A stretch of DNA of 64,000 bases from Phoronis australis. Lineage: Eukaryota > Animalia > Phoronida. Of the stretch, positions 50,946 through 64,000 are shown piece by piece. Under the pieces are notes generated by a model that was not told where the DNA came from, did no database searches, and saw only the letters and a list, made by a program, of their open reading frames with translations. The DNA lies in the NCBI GenBank assembly GCA_002633005.1, contig NMRA01000843.1, positions 1-64,000 of the forward strand, read 5' to 3'. Every line of letters starts with the position of its first letter. Position 1 is the stretch's first letter. Made by a program: the position numbers and the translations under genes.

Positions 50946-52102
50946 CTGCAGAAACAATGAGCAAGTTATAGCAAGACTCACAATCACTAACTTCACAGTG
51001 CATCTTAATTACTCGTCACCGAAACTTTTAAATAACACATTTGCAAATGAAATTACCAATTCTACTCCCTGTTTAAGAGGTACATGTAATATAACAGACG
51101 TGGTTGGAATAGATCATCATTTTTAAAGAACGAGGTTACGTCGCTCTCGTAGTACGTTTGATAATGTCAATAGTAATTCTCAGAGTTAAGACGCAGCATG
51201 TTCTTTTATAATATGAACACTTTTATCAAAGTCCGGACGACTGGTTGTAGCCAGCTGACTGTTATTGACGAAAACGTGACCTTGATATTCACACTTAAGA
51301 ATCAACTTAACGAGGACGATTCCATAAGAGTAAAAGGTTTAATTCAATTTTGGATTTTAGCCAGCTAAACAGTACGAAATGCAGTTTGTCAGAAAATCAT
51401 TTTTGGTAATAATATGAGGTAATAAGCGACTTTGTTGATATGCTCAGTACATGTACTGTGTAGGCTATACATGAAAGATGCGATTATATCAATTAAACCT
51501 GTTCTTATCAGTAAATCTACCCAAGACCAATCCATGCCGGGTGCATCAATTGAAAACCATGGTTAAACTAGCTTATGACGTCCAGTCTCAAGCAACTGGA
51601 AATTTATGCCACTTTTTCCGAGTTCCAAAATAATTTCTAACGAATCTCAGGAACAAACTGGAATAGAGAGATGAGAGAACATCAATACAGGGTTAATATA
51701 TCAGAATGGGATATCTAAGTATGTCAGGAGAACATCGGTTAGGCAATGTTTCGTCTTGCCGTGGGTGCAATAATGATTAGGATCACAGCCACGGTATAAA
51801 CACTACAAATTTAACACATGTTGAAACACATTTTACCAAAACCTTTTTTCTGATCAAGATCCCTGTAAATCAATCAATCATATAGTTTCCATTTCGATAC
51901 AAATCCAAACAGTCAATTGCTCTGTTGTAGGTCTAATGAGACTTGAAACGACGAGACAGTGGTCTGGCCAGACGAAGCGGTGCTTTTAAAAAGAGCGCTT
52001 TGCCGGCCAGTTTTCACGTGTACACGCGATAAATTGATACATTTGCCTGTTCTTGCATATATTTAAAGGGGCATTTCATCATAATTGCAAGAAACTGATT
52101 AA

Positions 52103-52434
52103 TACGGTGGCTGTAAAAGGATTGCAAGGCAACTTTTTTCTCCGTTGCTAACTCTATCTACATGTGTTGACTTAATATCCATATCGATAGAGTTGTTAGC
52201 TATCTATCAATAGAGACTAGTAAGTCTATAGACAGAGAAACTAAGTATATCGATAGAGTTAGTAAGTCTATCGATAGAGTTAGTAAGTCTATCGATAGAG
52301 TTAATAAGACCATTGATAGAGTTAGTAAGTCTATCAATAGAATTAATAAATGTATCGCTAGAGTAAGTAAAGCCTGTCGACAGAGCTAGCAACGGAGAAA
52401 AAAGGTTCCGTGCCGTCCTTTTACAGCCACCGTA
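52103..52434. mobile_element. MITE with TACGG termini (IS3EU-like) and an internal 21-bp repeat array
   Basis: TIRs tacggtggctgtaaaagga..ttttctccgttgcta / tagcaacggagaaaa..tccttttacagccaccgta; internal (atcgatagagttagtaagtct)n; no TSD seen. Confidence 0.75.
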
Positions 52435-53289
52435 CTTATGTAACGGTATGATTACTCCAGTTTTTATGGCAAGCAACTAAGGAGCAAAAATGTAGAACAT
52501 CTTGAGTATTAGCTTCAATTTGATTTTCCGCCACGACTAGCGGACCTAACGGTTACTTGGTCAAAAAAATAGAAAAATCATTGATAAGTACAAAATACGA
52601 CGAGTAGTATTAAAATAATGAACAATTTCATAATAGAATAAAGCATCGATGCCTATAATAATAATAACATGTTCCGCAAAACATGTGTTTGCTTGAAAAC
52701 TATCTAAATAATATCTTCAAACCTTTATTATTCATTAAATATTGACCCTCGTAAAAAGTCGCGTGTATGTCTAATCATAGAAAATTCTGGAAATTCGACA
52801 TTTTACATTCACACTGAAATAACAACTCCGCCTGATGAAGAATAAGCAAACGTCATTGCGTTCGCTTTGAGAAATGAATATTTAGTTGGCAACATAACAG
52901 TGACGTAATATGTACAAAATGAAATCAATTGCTGGACTTAAGGATTGAGTTCGATTTTGCACATTTTATTTACTCAACTGGATGACTGAAAGCATTTATC
53001 GCATAATATTGACGAGAGCATAAAATGTAACAACTTCAAGTTTACGTCGCTCTCCCTTACTTTGCAACTGTCATTGGTAGCAATTCACAGACAAGACTGT
53101 CCTTCCAGTCAGTGACCTAGTGGGATGTTCACTCACAAGTGATCACTCGACTTTCATCAACCGAGTGCCCGTGAAAATCTTAATAACGTCTTAGCTAAGA
53201 CCGGTCGCATGGCCATGATAAAAATGTTCCCATTTCAAGACCAAAGTTACGTCGTCTCTGTTAAGTGATACACTTTAGAATCTTGCAAT

Positions 53290-53385
53290 GCGTTCTACTG
53301 CACAGGCCCTAATTCTCACGCGTAAAAATAGATGGCGCGTTCTACTACACAGGCCTTAGTTCTCATGCGTAAAAATAGATGGCGT
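53290..53385. repeat. ~47-bp tandem duplication
   Basis: gcgttctact.cacaggcc.ta.ttctca.gcgtaaaaatagatggc, twice. Confidence 0.85.
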
Positions 53386-54589
53386 TGCCTACATGCAAAG
53401 GCTGCTGAAATTTGCAATAAAATATTATTCGTGCTGGAGACGGTTATTTCAAATCACGTCACTTAAAGGAATGGAAAGAGATTAAGTAGGTGCTAAAAAC
53501 TGAGTGAGTGCATACATTAGTTAAAAAAAGTTATCTTAGTACATTCCTCTTGCGCTCAAACGGCGATTGACCGTTGCGCCATTGCGACGGACATTCAAGG
53601 TGTTTGAAGGGTATTACGTAACTGTCACAACCGTCAAAACAGTGTGTCGATTTTTGGCACCTGGGACACTTTGGGTCACACATTAATAGCCAGACCAAGT
53701 CTTTCGTGTGATGTCATGACACAGACTTCAATTGTCTACCACGCTGAATGAATACATTAATGTAAATCCGGAAAATATTATTATTGGGGACAAATAAAAC
53801 AACACAAGAATGAAAAATATTTTAAGCTGTACTGGGAATTTAAGGGTCGCAGCTCTACAAATAATTATTTCACAGAAGGTACCAGATGGGTACCTTAATT
53901 ACAAGAGATAACACAAAAATATACCGTATGCCGTCTGAATACGAACAGTCCAGATCAACTGACAAATTTGCCACATGGACAGGGTTGCTAAAATAATCAA
54001 CCTAAAAACAAACTTTGGTTCAATAACAACGTCAAATGATAGATAAGCAAAACCAATCAGTTCGATTACAAAGATCAAACCAGAAAACAAAATAAAATCC
54101 GCTGATTTTTCAACGATATAAAAACTGTATGTACATGTAGCTGTACAGCTAGTAATTTGTAATTCAAGCTAAACACGAAAACAACATCAAACACTTTCCA
54201 GATATAAATACTGTTTTCAAAACACAAAGGAATATTGCTCATTTATAAACAAAATGCGACCAACGAACAGAATGTTATTAAATCACCAGCTAGGAATCAC
54301 AAAGCACAGCCTGTGTGCTTTATTCTTGGATAACTTCAAAAATATAGGATGTGCCATCTGAATACGAACAGTCCACATCAACTGACTAATTTCCAAGAGC
54401 TCGTTGCACAAGTCGGACATTTGCTAAAAAACAATGATATAAGCTACAGTCTAAAATGTACCGATCATATAACAAATAGCAAAATATTTAAACAAATATA
54501 AAAGACATGTCTCCTACAACTACTCATTTATTCAAAAAAATTTTACTTACAAATTGAAAAATGAATTTCATGTTTTACATTTAATTTCT

Positions 54590-55450
54590 AGATGTGACAC
54601 GCTCGTTTGACGTGGTTTCACATGACCACCCATGAGCTCTTCTTGCTCTTAAGGAATATCGTTCACTCTGCACACACTATTTACTTCATATTACCCCCAA
54701 TCGAGTAGTACAACTAGACGGTGTGTTTTCAACACCCCTAACCCCGGTGTTGTCAACGTAGAGTTCGCAAGTGTCTTGGGGCCTCTGTTGTTTCTGCTCT
54801 ACATCAGTGTGATTCCTTCAGACATCAGCTCGAAAACTTCATTTATATGCTGATGAAACAGCCATATTTAATCCTAGGTACCCGAATTAAACACGGACCC
54901 ATTTTCCTATGAACTTGAATGGTGAAATTATTCTAAAAAAACATTCGCACAGAAATTTAGGCATTATAAGACACGATTAACTTTCGTTTGTACCACACTG
55001 CGGGCAAAAAAATGAAATTTTAATCAACCTAAGCCTATTGAAAATTTAAACTCTTTGAACGCATTTTATATCATTTTGTACACCCCATTTTGACTTTGGT
55101 GACATAATATACCAAACAGTAGGACGTTTGGTTCAGCTGGACAGATAACAATATCAGGCTGATATAGCCATTACTGTTGTTATAAAAATTTCACATACAA
55201 TAAAAAAATCTAAACTAGTCCAAACTGTTAATGCAATGAAAACTTCATTGAAATGTTTAAACACATAAAACTCTAAACAAGGTAAATAATATATTCAATT
55301 AAAAAACTTTCGAAAAACGCTAAATCAGGTCGACGTTCGATAATATTTATCTTAGTTCAACCGTCTCACATTCGAGTCATTCTTAAATCCACAATAATCA
55401 TTTGCATAGTGACAAGGAACACACTTCCAACCGATATGATAAATAGCAAT
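54590..55450 (+). pseudogene. Decayed CR1/L2-group LINE RT (second copy at 59460-60320)
   Basis: FDVVSH, SVLGPLLFLLYI, YADET motifs, then a frameshifted 'FVHPIL.FGDII'-like motif. Confidence 0.7.
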
Positions 55451-58400
55451 TCCGTATCATTACTAAAGTCTAATTTTCATGAATACTTTTTAAAAAAATA
55501 TTAGTCCAAGAGTTACATTCAGCCATACACATCGTGCAAAACGATATTTTCTGAACAGATTTTGATCAAGATTATTGTTGAACTCTGAAAAATTCAGGTA
55601 CGGTTTTCAGAATTTGTCTTCCTTACGCAAATGTGAAACTACACAAAGCGGTCTGTTTCTAATTGTTCGTACTGTCATGGATTGTTTGCGTGGTCGTTTT
55701 TCGGGACCCTAAAGGGTGTCAAAGATATGAAAGACAAAATAACAGCGTTCCATGGGAGATTGATGAATACGCGTTTCTAACAACTGGATCTGCTCATAAC
55801 TGTCCGAATGGTGTCAATCAATGAAGTTGCCAATTTCCTCCATGTGTGCATGGCTTTATACAAAAATACAGTAGGTCTGCTAATCACATCACTTTGTCAA
55901 AGTTTGATTGTGTTTTTCTTACCAACATATCTGTGTTCACTAATAATGTAAATTTCAAAAAACTACTTCAATATCGATAACTTGGGTAGCTGAATGGGTA
56001 CATATCATTATTACTGTTTTACATTGTTTCTATAAGTCACTTCTTCATTGTTTACCTGTTGCTCAGGTAAATGGGTATCTATTGTATTTACCTAATGTCG
56101 TGAAATAAAAATAGTTTACCTTGTCGAGCGAATTATTTTAGACAGTGTGCAAAAGAGGCGATGTCAAAAATATGTGGAGACAAATAATTCCCCTTGCAAC
56201 GGTCCGATCACTTTTACTACATACAAACATGTTGAAGTTTAACCTCTCTACAAAGTTGTATCAATATAACATTTCACGACTAGACCACTTCTACTTGGGC
56301 TGGTCTTTAATAAAACACGACGAGTAATATCAAAATAAGGTGAAAGTACAATGACTCGGGCCTGATTTTTGAGTCCGCGATTTCAAAAACTCTGAAATCT
56401 CGGAAACCACAAAAAATCAACTTGAATGGCCAATTATACGAAACTTCGAGTACTTGCCGCTAATTACGCTTAGAGGGAATAATACCATAGATTCTAGTCT
56501 GAGCTCTTGGAAAAAAACAACGTTCTATGTAGTATTTTGTAGTCATTCATTCACTCAAACGTCAACTGATATGAAATAAGGTGATGCACTGATGCCGTAT
56601 TTTCCTTACAAGCCTCAACGATATCGCAATGCAGGTCAAAGGTTGGTGGGGGGTGTATGGTGAGGTCGACACGAGGTGTGACCGAGGCTATAAAGCGGAA
56701 CACTTACCTTTGGTAAACCGTCCTGATCAATTAACGGGGCATTAAATCATTGAATTAAGTAAAAAACAAATTTGGATTTCGAACACTTACCATTACTTAC
56801 TTAGTTGACCGCACATTTACATCAATTATGCTATATTTGGCCAAAGGTAGGTGGGGGGAATATGTTTCTCGCCAATCCTGTTTTGGTAAAAATACACCAC
56901 GCGTTGCTACATAACACTGAGCCAAAATTCGACGTTTACAAATTTAACCTTTTTGGAACTCGTTAATTATGTTTTAAAAGTGCGGTTTAATGCTTAATTA
57001 TATTTTGTTTTTGATCAAAAAGCAACAAAAGTTTGTTTCAGTAGCTCATGGTGACCGAGAGGAACATTTACAATTTGTTTTCTCTGAATGCACAAATTTC
57101 GCAAAGTGATCAGATTGAGAAATGCAATTTTATCTTAATGCCGCCGCAATTCAAGAAATACATACATGTATGAAGGCGTGTTACGTCAAACCAAACAACA
57201 AAAGAATGTGTTGGAATTTGATTGTAATTAACAGGAAATATTTTCAAGAAGCCGAAAGTCACTTGTTTGACATTTTTAGACGACATTTCTCGGTCAACAA
57301 TACTTTCTTTAACTTCCACTAACAGTGTCACGTGACCAGTAAATGACCATTTTGATCATTACACTGAAATGTGACACGGTTATGACACCGCGGCCGTATA
57401 AAGACTTCTGCGGCATGACTTGAAGTTATTTTTTAGTTTACTGTGACTTGCTTCACCGATAATCCCTGCTTTCAATGTCCTTGAAATTTACAAAGTCGGT
57501 GGGAAATCGGGAATGCCCAAGACTTCTAATCGTCATTATATTTTATGTGAACGGATTTTCATTTGGTACTCCACTGTCGTAGCGACACAAGGGCTATTGA
57601 AAGAGACAGAGAATTGGCTATTTTTATGCTCTATTAAAATGCTGTTACTTAGAAACAGATTTTTTGTGAAGACTACGCGTTAACGTAATCGTTCAAAAGA
57701 CATCAACATCCCACGCCCCCGAGGTGAACAGTGGTTCACACTCACCGGCCAACACAGTCTGATAAAGAATAAATCTACTCATCAGAACTATGCTGACATG
57801 ATTGAGTGATAGTGTTCCCGTCTGAAATATCACAACAGGGTCAGGTANNNNNNNNNNNNNNNNNNNNNNNNNNNNNNNNNNNNNNNNNNNNNNNNNNNNN
57901 NNNNNNNNNNNNNNNNNNNNNNNNNNNNNNNNNNNNNNNNNNNNNNNNNNNNNNNNNNNNNNNNNNNNNNNNNNNNNNNNNNNNNNNNNNNNNNNNNNNN
58001 NNNNNNNNNNNNNNNNNNNNNNNNNNNNNNNNNNNNNNNNNNNNNNNNNNNNNNNNNNNNNNNNNNNNNNNNNNNNNNNNNNNNNNNNNNNNNNNNNNNN
58101 NNNNNNNNNNNNNNNNNNNNNNNNNNNNNNNNNNNNNNNNNNNNNNNNNNNNNNNNNNNNNNNNNNNNNNNNNNNNNNNNNNNNNNNNNNNNNNNNNNNN
58201 NNNNNNNNNNNNNNNNNNNNNNNNNNNNNNNNNNNNNNNNNNNNNNNNNNNNNNNNNNNNNNNNNNNNNNNNNNNNNNNNNNNNNNNNNNNNNNNNNNNN
58301 NNNNNNNNNNNNNNNNNNNNNNNNNNNNNNNNNNNNNNNNNNNNNNNNNNNNNNNNNNNNNNNNNNNNNNNNNNNNNNNNNNNNNNNNNNNNNNNNNNNN

Positions 58401-58724
58401 NNNNNNNNNNNNNNNNNNNNNNNNNNNNNNNNNNNNNNNNNNNNNNNNNNNNNNNNNNNNNNNNNNNNNNNNNNNNNNNNNNNNNNNNNNNNNNNNNNNN
58501 NNNNNNNNNNNNNNNNNNNNNNNNNNNNNNNNNNNNNNNNNNNNNNNNNNNNNNNNNNNNNNNNNNNNNNNNNNNNNNNNNNNNNNNNNNNNNNNNNNNN
58601 NNNNNNNNNNNNNNNNNNNNNNNNNNNNNNNNNNNNNNNNNNNNNNNNNNNNNNNNNCCCGTTTGAAATACACTGAAGTAACGAAATGAGTACAGAAAGC
58701 GAATGGAAGTATTGTAGCCCCTAG

Positions 58725-59022
58725 ATGGCCCCGCGTTGGTTTGAATGCGCTAAATCTCCCCTTACTCCCAGCTCTCCTAATGTTGTTTATCCATTTTTCA
58801 CGAAATTCTTGGCTTGCAGGGAACTCATAAAAATTCAGATTTTTATCTCTCTTGTTGTTTTTGAAGCAGCCAGGAACACAACAAGTGTATTCGCCGTAAG
58901 TTTTCTTCGCGCTCATACCGCTTATTATGCTTGTTACTATGGCCGCTTTCGGAATCCTGACCACAGCACCCACAATGCACCATTTTAACCTAATTTCAAC
59001 ATGGCGTCGCTGCAAATCCGCT
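58725..59022 (-). mobile_element. Left end of a THAP-domain DNA transposon (ISL2EU/Harbinger-like); THAP ORF from ATG 58916, truncated
   Basis: MSAKKTYGEYTCCVPGC..LNFYEFP..REKWINNIRR..FKPT; final CxxHF missing; terminus AT|AGCGGATTTGCAGCGACGCCATG abuts sequence that is uninterrupted at ~54160. Confidence 0.75.
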
Positions 59023-62000
59023 ATTCAAGCTAAACACGAAAACAACATCAAACACTTTCCAGATATAAATACTGTTTTCAAAACACAAAGGAATATTGTT
59101 CATTTATGAACAAAATGCGACCAACGAACAGAATGTTATTAAATCACCAGCTAGGAATCACAAAGCACAGCCTGTTTGCTTTATTCTTGGATAACTTCAA
59201 AAATATAGGATGTGCCACCTGAATACGAACAGTCCACATCAACTGACTAATTTCCAAGAGCTCGTTGCACAAGTCGGACATTTGCTAAAAAACAATGATA
59301 TAAGCTACAGTCTAAAATGTACCGATCATATAACAAATAGCAAAATATTTAAACTACATCTGCAAATATAAAAGACATGTCTCCTACAACTACTCATTTA
59401 TTCAAAAAAATTTTACTTACAAATTGAAAAATGAATTTCATGTTTTACATTTAATTTCTAGATGTGACATGCTCGTTTGACATGGTTTCACATGACCACC
59501 CATGAGCTCTTCTTGCTCTTAAGGAATATCGTTCACTCTGCACACACTATTTACTTCATATCCCCCCAATCGAGTAGTACAACTAGACGGTGTGTTTTCA
59601 ACACCCCTAACCCCGGGGTTGTCAACGTAGAGTTCGCAAGTGTCTTGGGGCCCCTGTTGTTTCTGCCCTACATCAGTGTGTTTCCTTCAGACATCAGCTC
59701 GAAAACTTCATCTATATGCTGATGAAACAGCCATATTTAATCCTAGGTACCCGAATTAAACACGGACACATTTTCCTATGAGCTTGAATGGTGAAATCAT
59801 TTAAAAAAAACATTCGCACAGAAATTTAGGCATTATAAGACACGATTAACTTTCGTTTGTACCACACTGCGGGCAAAAAAAATCAAATTTTAATCAACCT
59901 AAGCCTATTGAAAATTTAAACTCTTTGAACGCATTCTATATCATTTTGTACACCCCATTTTGACTTTGGTGACATAATTTACCAAAAACTGTAGGACGTT
60001 TGGTTCAGCTGGACAGATAACAATATCAGGCTGATATAGCCATTACTGTTGTTATAAAAATTTCAAATACAATAAAAAATCTAAACTAGTCCAAACTGTT
60101 AATGCAATGAAAACTTCATTGAAATGTTTAAACACATCAAACTCTAAACAAAGTAAATAATATATTCAATTAAAAAGCTTTCGAAAAACGCTAAATCAGG
60201 TCGACGTTCGAAAATATTTATCTTAGTTCAACCGTCTCACATTCGAATCATTCTTAAATCCACAATAATCATTTGCATAATGACACGGAACACACTTCCA
60301 ACAGATATGATAAAAACAATTCTGTATCATTACTAAAGTCTAATTTTCATGAATACTTTTTTAAAAAAAATATTAGTCCAAATAGTTACATTCAGTCATA
60401 CACATCGTGCAAAACGATATTTTCTGAACAGATTTTGATCAAGATTATTGTTGAACTCTGAAAAATTCAGGTACGGTTTTCAGAATTTGTCTTCCTTACG
60501 CAAATGTGAAACTGCACAAAGCGGTCTGTTTCTAATTGTTCGTACTGTCATGGATTGTATGCGTGGTCGTTGTTCGGGACCCCAAAGGGTGTCAAAGATA
60601 TGAAAGACAAAATAACAGCGTTCCATGGGAGATTGATGAATACGGGTTTCTAACAACTGGATCTGCTCATAACTATCCCAATGGCGTCAATCAATGAAGT
60701 TGCCAATTTCCTCCATGTGTGCATGGCTTTATACAAAAATGCAGTAGGTCTGCTAATCACATCACTTTGTCAAAGTTTGATTGTGTTTTTCTTACCAACA
60801 TATCTGTGTTCACTAATAATATAAATTTCAAAAAACTATTTCAATATCGATAACTTGGGTAGCTGAATGGGTACATATCATTATCACTGTTTTACATTGT
60901 TTCTATAAGTCACTTCTTAATTGTTTACCTGTTGCTCAGGTAAATGGGTATCTATTGTATTTATCTAATGTCGTGAAATAAAAATAGTTTACCTTGTCGA
61001 ACGAATTATTTTAGACGGTGTGCAAAAGAGGCGATGTCAAAAATATGTGGAGACAAATAATTCCCCTTGCAACGGTCCGACCACTTTTACTACATACAAA
61101 CATGCTGAAATTTAATCTCTCTACAAAGTTGTATCAATATAACATTTCACGACTAGACCACTTCTACTTGGGCTGGTATTTAATAAAAATTAGGATTAAC
61201 ACAGTTAAGATATGTACAAAACACGACGAGTAATATCAAAATAAGGTGAAAGTACAATGACTCGGGCCTGATTTTTGAGTCCGCGATTTCAAAAACTCTG
61301 AAATCTCGGAAACCACAAAAAATCAACTTGAATGGCCAATTATACGAAACTTCGAGTACTTGCCGCTAATTACGCTTAGAGGGAATAATACCATAGGTTC
61401 TAGTCTGAGCTCTTGGAAAAAGAACAACGTTCTATGTAGTATTTTTGTAGTCATTCATTCACTCAAACGTCAACTGATATAAAATAAGGTGATGCACTGA
61501 CGCCGTATTTTCCTTACAAGCCTCAACGATATCGCAATGCAGGTCAAAGGTTGGTGGGGGGTGTATGGTGAGATGGACACGAGGTGTGACCGACGCTATC
61601 AAGCGGAACACTTACCTTTGGTAAACCGTCCTGATCAATTAACGCGGCATTAAATCATTGAATTAAGTCAAAAACAAATTTGGATATCGAAACAACAAAA
61701 GAATGTGTTGGAATTTGATTGTAATTAACAGGAAACGAATTGGTGAAATTGACTAATCTAAACTGCAATGACAATGGAATGGTTAACATTTTAGATTATT
61801 CAACAAAAAGTCATTTAATAACGGTTGCAGAGAAATGATCTTTTCGAAGTTCGCTTCAGATCTGTGGAGTGTTCAGGTGTGCATACTTACTGCGCCCGAT
61901 TGTTGGTTGACGTCCCAACCGGCGTCTAAATGTTGCCGTATAGTTGCACAATCGTTATCATTTACGGCTTCGCTAATCTGAAAATAACAACAAATTAATA

Positions 62001-64000
62001 TGAATTATACATCACACAGTGTTTTATGTGCCATCATTATAGAGTCATACAACTGTTCCACATTTACCAGTGACCTTAACATTATTTCAACTTTCCCGCA
62101 ATCACGAAATTATCTTGTACAGTTCAAAATGCGGACAGTTCCTTGAGAGTGACAAATTTAGACGCAATTTCAGGGATACTACACTATTTTGTCACTATGG
62201 TAACTTTCATTGATTTTGCATTTCGTTCATACCGTCTTTGACTGCACACTCATAATAGAACAGAGCTTTCAAGACACTCGAACAATACCATTCGCAACGC
62301 TTTTCCCGAATTCCCTAATTTTCAAAACGTTATTTAGTTTCAATTTCATAACGGGGTCATTTATTGCTTAAACTGATATAGTTTAGTTCTGAATTCATAA
62401 AATACCGTATTTGTACTCCATGTCTGTATAACATGTAATCACTCTTCATCATTACATTCATGATATTGTATAACAGTTAAAGTTGAAATCTTTACCAACT
62501 GTTACAGTTATAATGTTAATCCGTATATTTCATTGACATTCTTGCTGCATTTGTACATGTATATTTCAATATATATGTAATTATGTGCATTCCTGTGTAT
62601 ATGAAGATATCAGTGTAATATTTTTGACAGTCGGGTGTAATGCTTTTCAACGCCTCTTGGGCTTAACTCTTGTCCTTGTACATTGTAGTTGTTATAATAA
62701 ATATTAGAAACAATATGGAGTCATCTTTACAAGCCGGGAACTCCTTAAATCAACGTACGTATAGGGTACACAGGGTGTCGTACTTGAACCTTTTCTTTGG
62801 CAAGGCAAAGACAACGCTGTGCGAAATAATTTTCACGCCAGGTAAAAACTGTGGACTACCAAAATGTCATAACGCATGCAGCAGTGTAGCATCGGTGTTG
62901 TAAATAACTTATATCAAGGTAAAGAAAAGCCGCAGTGTTAAAGCTCTTACCGGGCAGAGTAAGAAGTGCGTACTACAAAATGCTTATAATACAGTGTAGT
63001 GCCAGCGTGGTAAAGAAGTGATATCAATATATCAATTGACAATTAACATATGCCAAAAAACACAAATACGGTTACGGTTTTGGCACGCATTACTTTTTGA
63101 AACTCCACTTAAAAACAATGAAGAAAAAGTAGTAGATCATCTGTTTTGCGAAATCTATTTTATCGTACATTTTTAAAAAAATCACTCTACATATTACACA
63201 TATTATGCTAAACCACACCTGTTATCATACGGGTGTTATCATACGGGTGATATTAATGGCCGATGTTTTTGCTGTAAGTAAATATTTCAAGAAGCCGAAA
63301 GTCACTTGTTTGACATTTTTAGACGACATTTCTCGGTCAACAATACTTTCTTTAACTTCCACTAACAGTGTCACGTGACCAGTAAATGACCTTTTTGATC
63401 ATTACACTGAAATGTGACACGGTTATGACACCGTGGCCGTATAAAGACTTCTGCAGCATGACTTGAAGTTATTTTTTAGTTTACGGTGACTTGCTTCACC
63501 GATAATCCCTGCTTTCAATGTCCTTGAAATTTACAAAGTCGGTGGGAAATCGGGAATGCCCCAAGACTTCTAATCGTCATTATATTTTATGTGAACGGAT
63601 ACCCATTTGGTACTCCACTGTCGTAGCGACACAAGGGCTATTGAAAGAGACAGAGAATTGGCTATTTTTATGCTCTATTAAAATGCTGTTACTTAGAAAC
63701 AGATTTTTTGTGAAGACTGCGCGTTAACGTAATCGTTCAAAAGACATCAACATCCCACGCCCCCGAGGTGAACAGTGGTTCACACTCACCGGCCAACACA
63801 GTCTGATAAAGAATAAATCTACTCATCAGAACTATGCTGACATGATTGAGTGATAGTGTTCCCGTCTGAAATATCACAACAGGGTCAGGTACAGTGCTGT
63901 AGTGGGGCGTAGGCGCAGCCAACCACCTTTTGGTATCTGAATGTAACGCCTACGTACCGCAAGTTACGTTCAGTGTTCAAAGTGATACAGAGGGCTTTGG

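Larger units (their letters stand above)
54162..63891. repeat. Large near-identical direct duplication (54162-57847 and 59023-63891) across an N gap
   Basis: Co-linear with few substitutions; copy 1 has private 56782-57190, copy 2 has private 61736-63280. Confidence 0.92.

Noticed and set aside
16774-59015. Long ORFs full of X
   Set aside because: They run through N gaps; only the flanking RT, RLE and THAP parts are meaningful

Overview
Eukaryotic, AT-rich, transposon-dense invertebrate-type genomic DNA (probably a marine lophotrochozoan; inference) from a gapped draft assembly with four long N gaps and several single-N joins. Three spliced genes can be rebuilt by hand that the ORF track mostly misses: (1) a small secreted PAN/Apple-domain gene at 7783-8218 lying between two ~3 kb inverted arms; (2) a four-exon FAM111-like trypsin-type serine protease on the minus strand (37588-28688) with an intact H/D/S triad, a duplicated third exon, and a 25-bp minisatellite built from about 24 copies of its own last splice acceptor; (3) an ankyrin-repeat gene (50945-47608, minus) with one repeat per 99-nt phase-0 exon, in which four exon+intron cassettes were recently amplified and vary mainly at the ligand-contact positions. 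Also present: a pseudogenised MAEA exon with a perfect U12 donor, a Hero/R2-type retrotransposon nested inside a Penelope-like RT, a THAP-domain transposon end, decayed LINEs, several MITEs, minisatellites and two large near-identical duplications that may be uncollapsed haplotypes. All calls are from reading the sequence; no searches were run.
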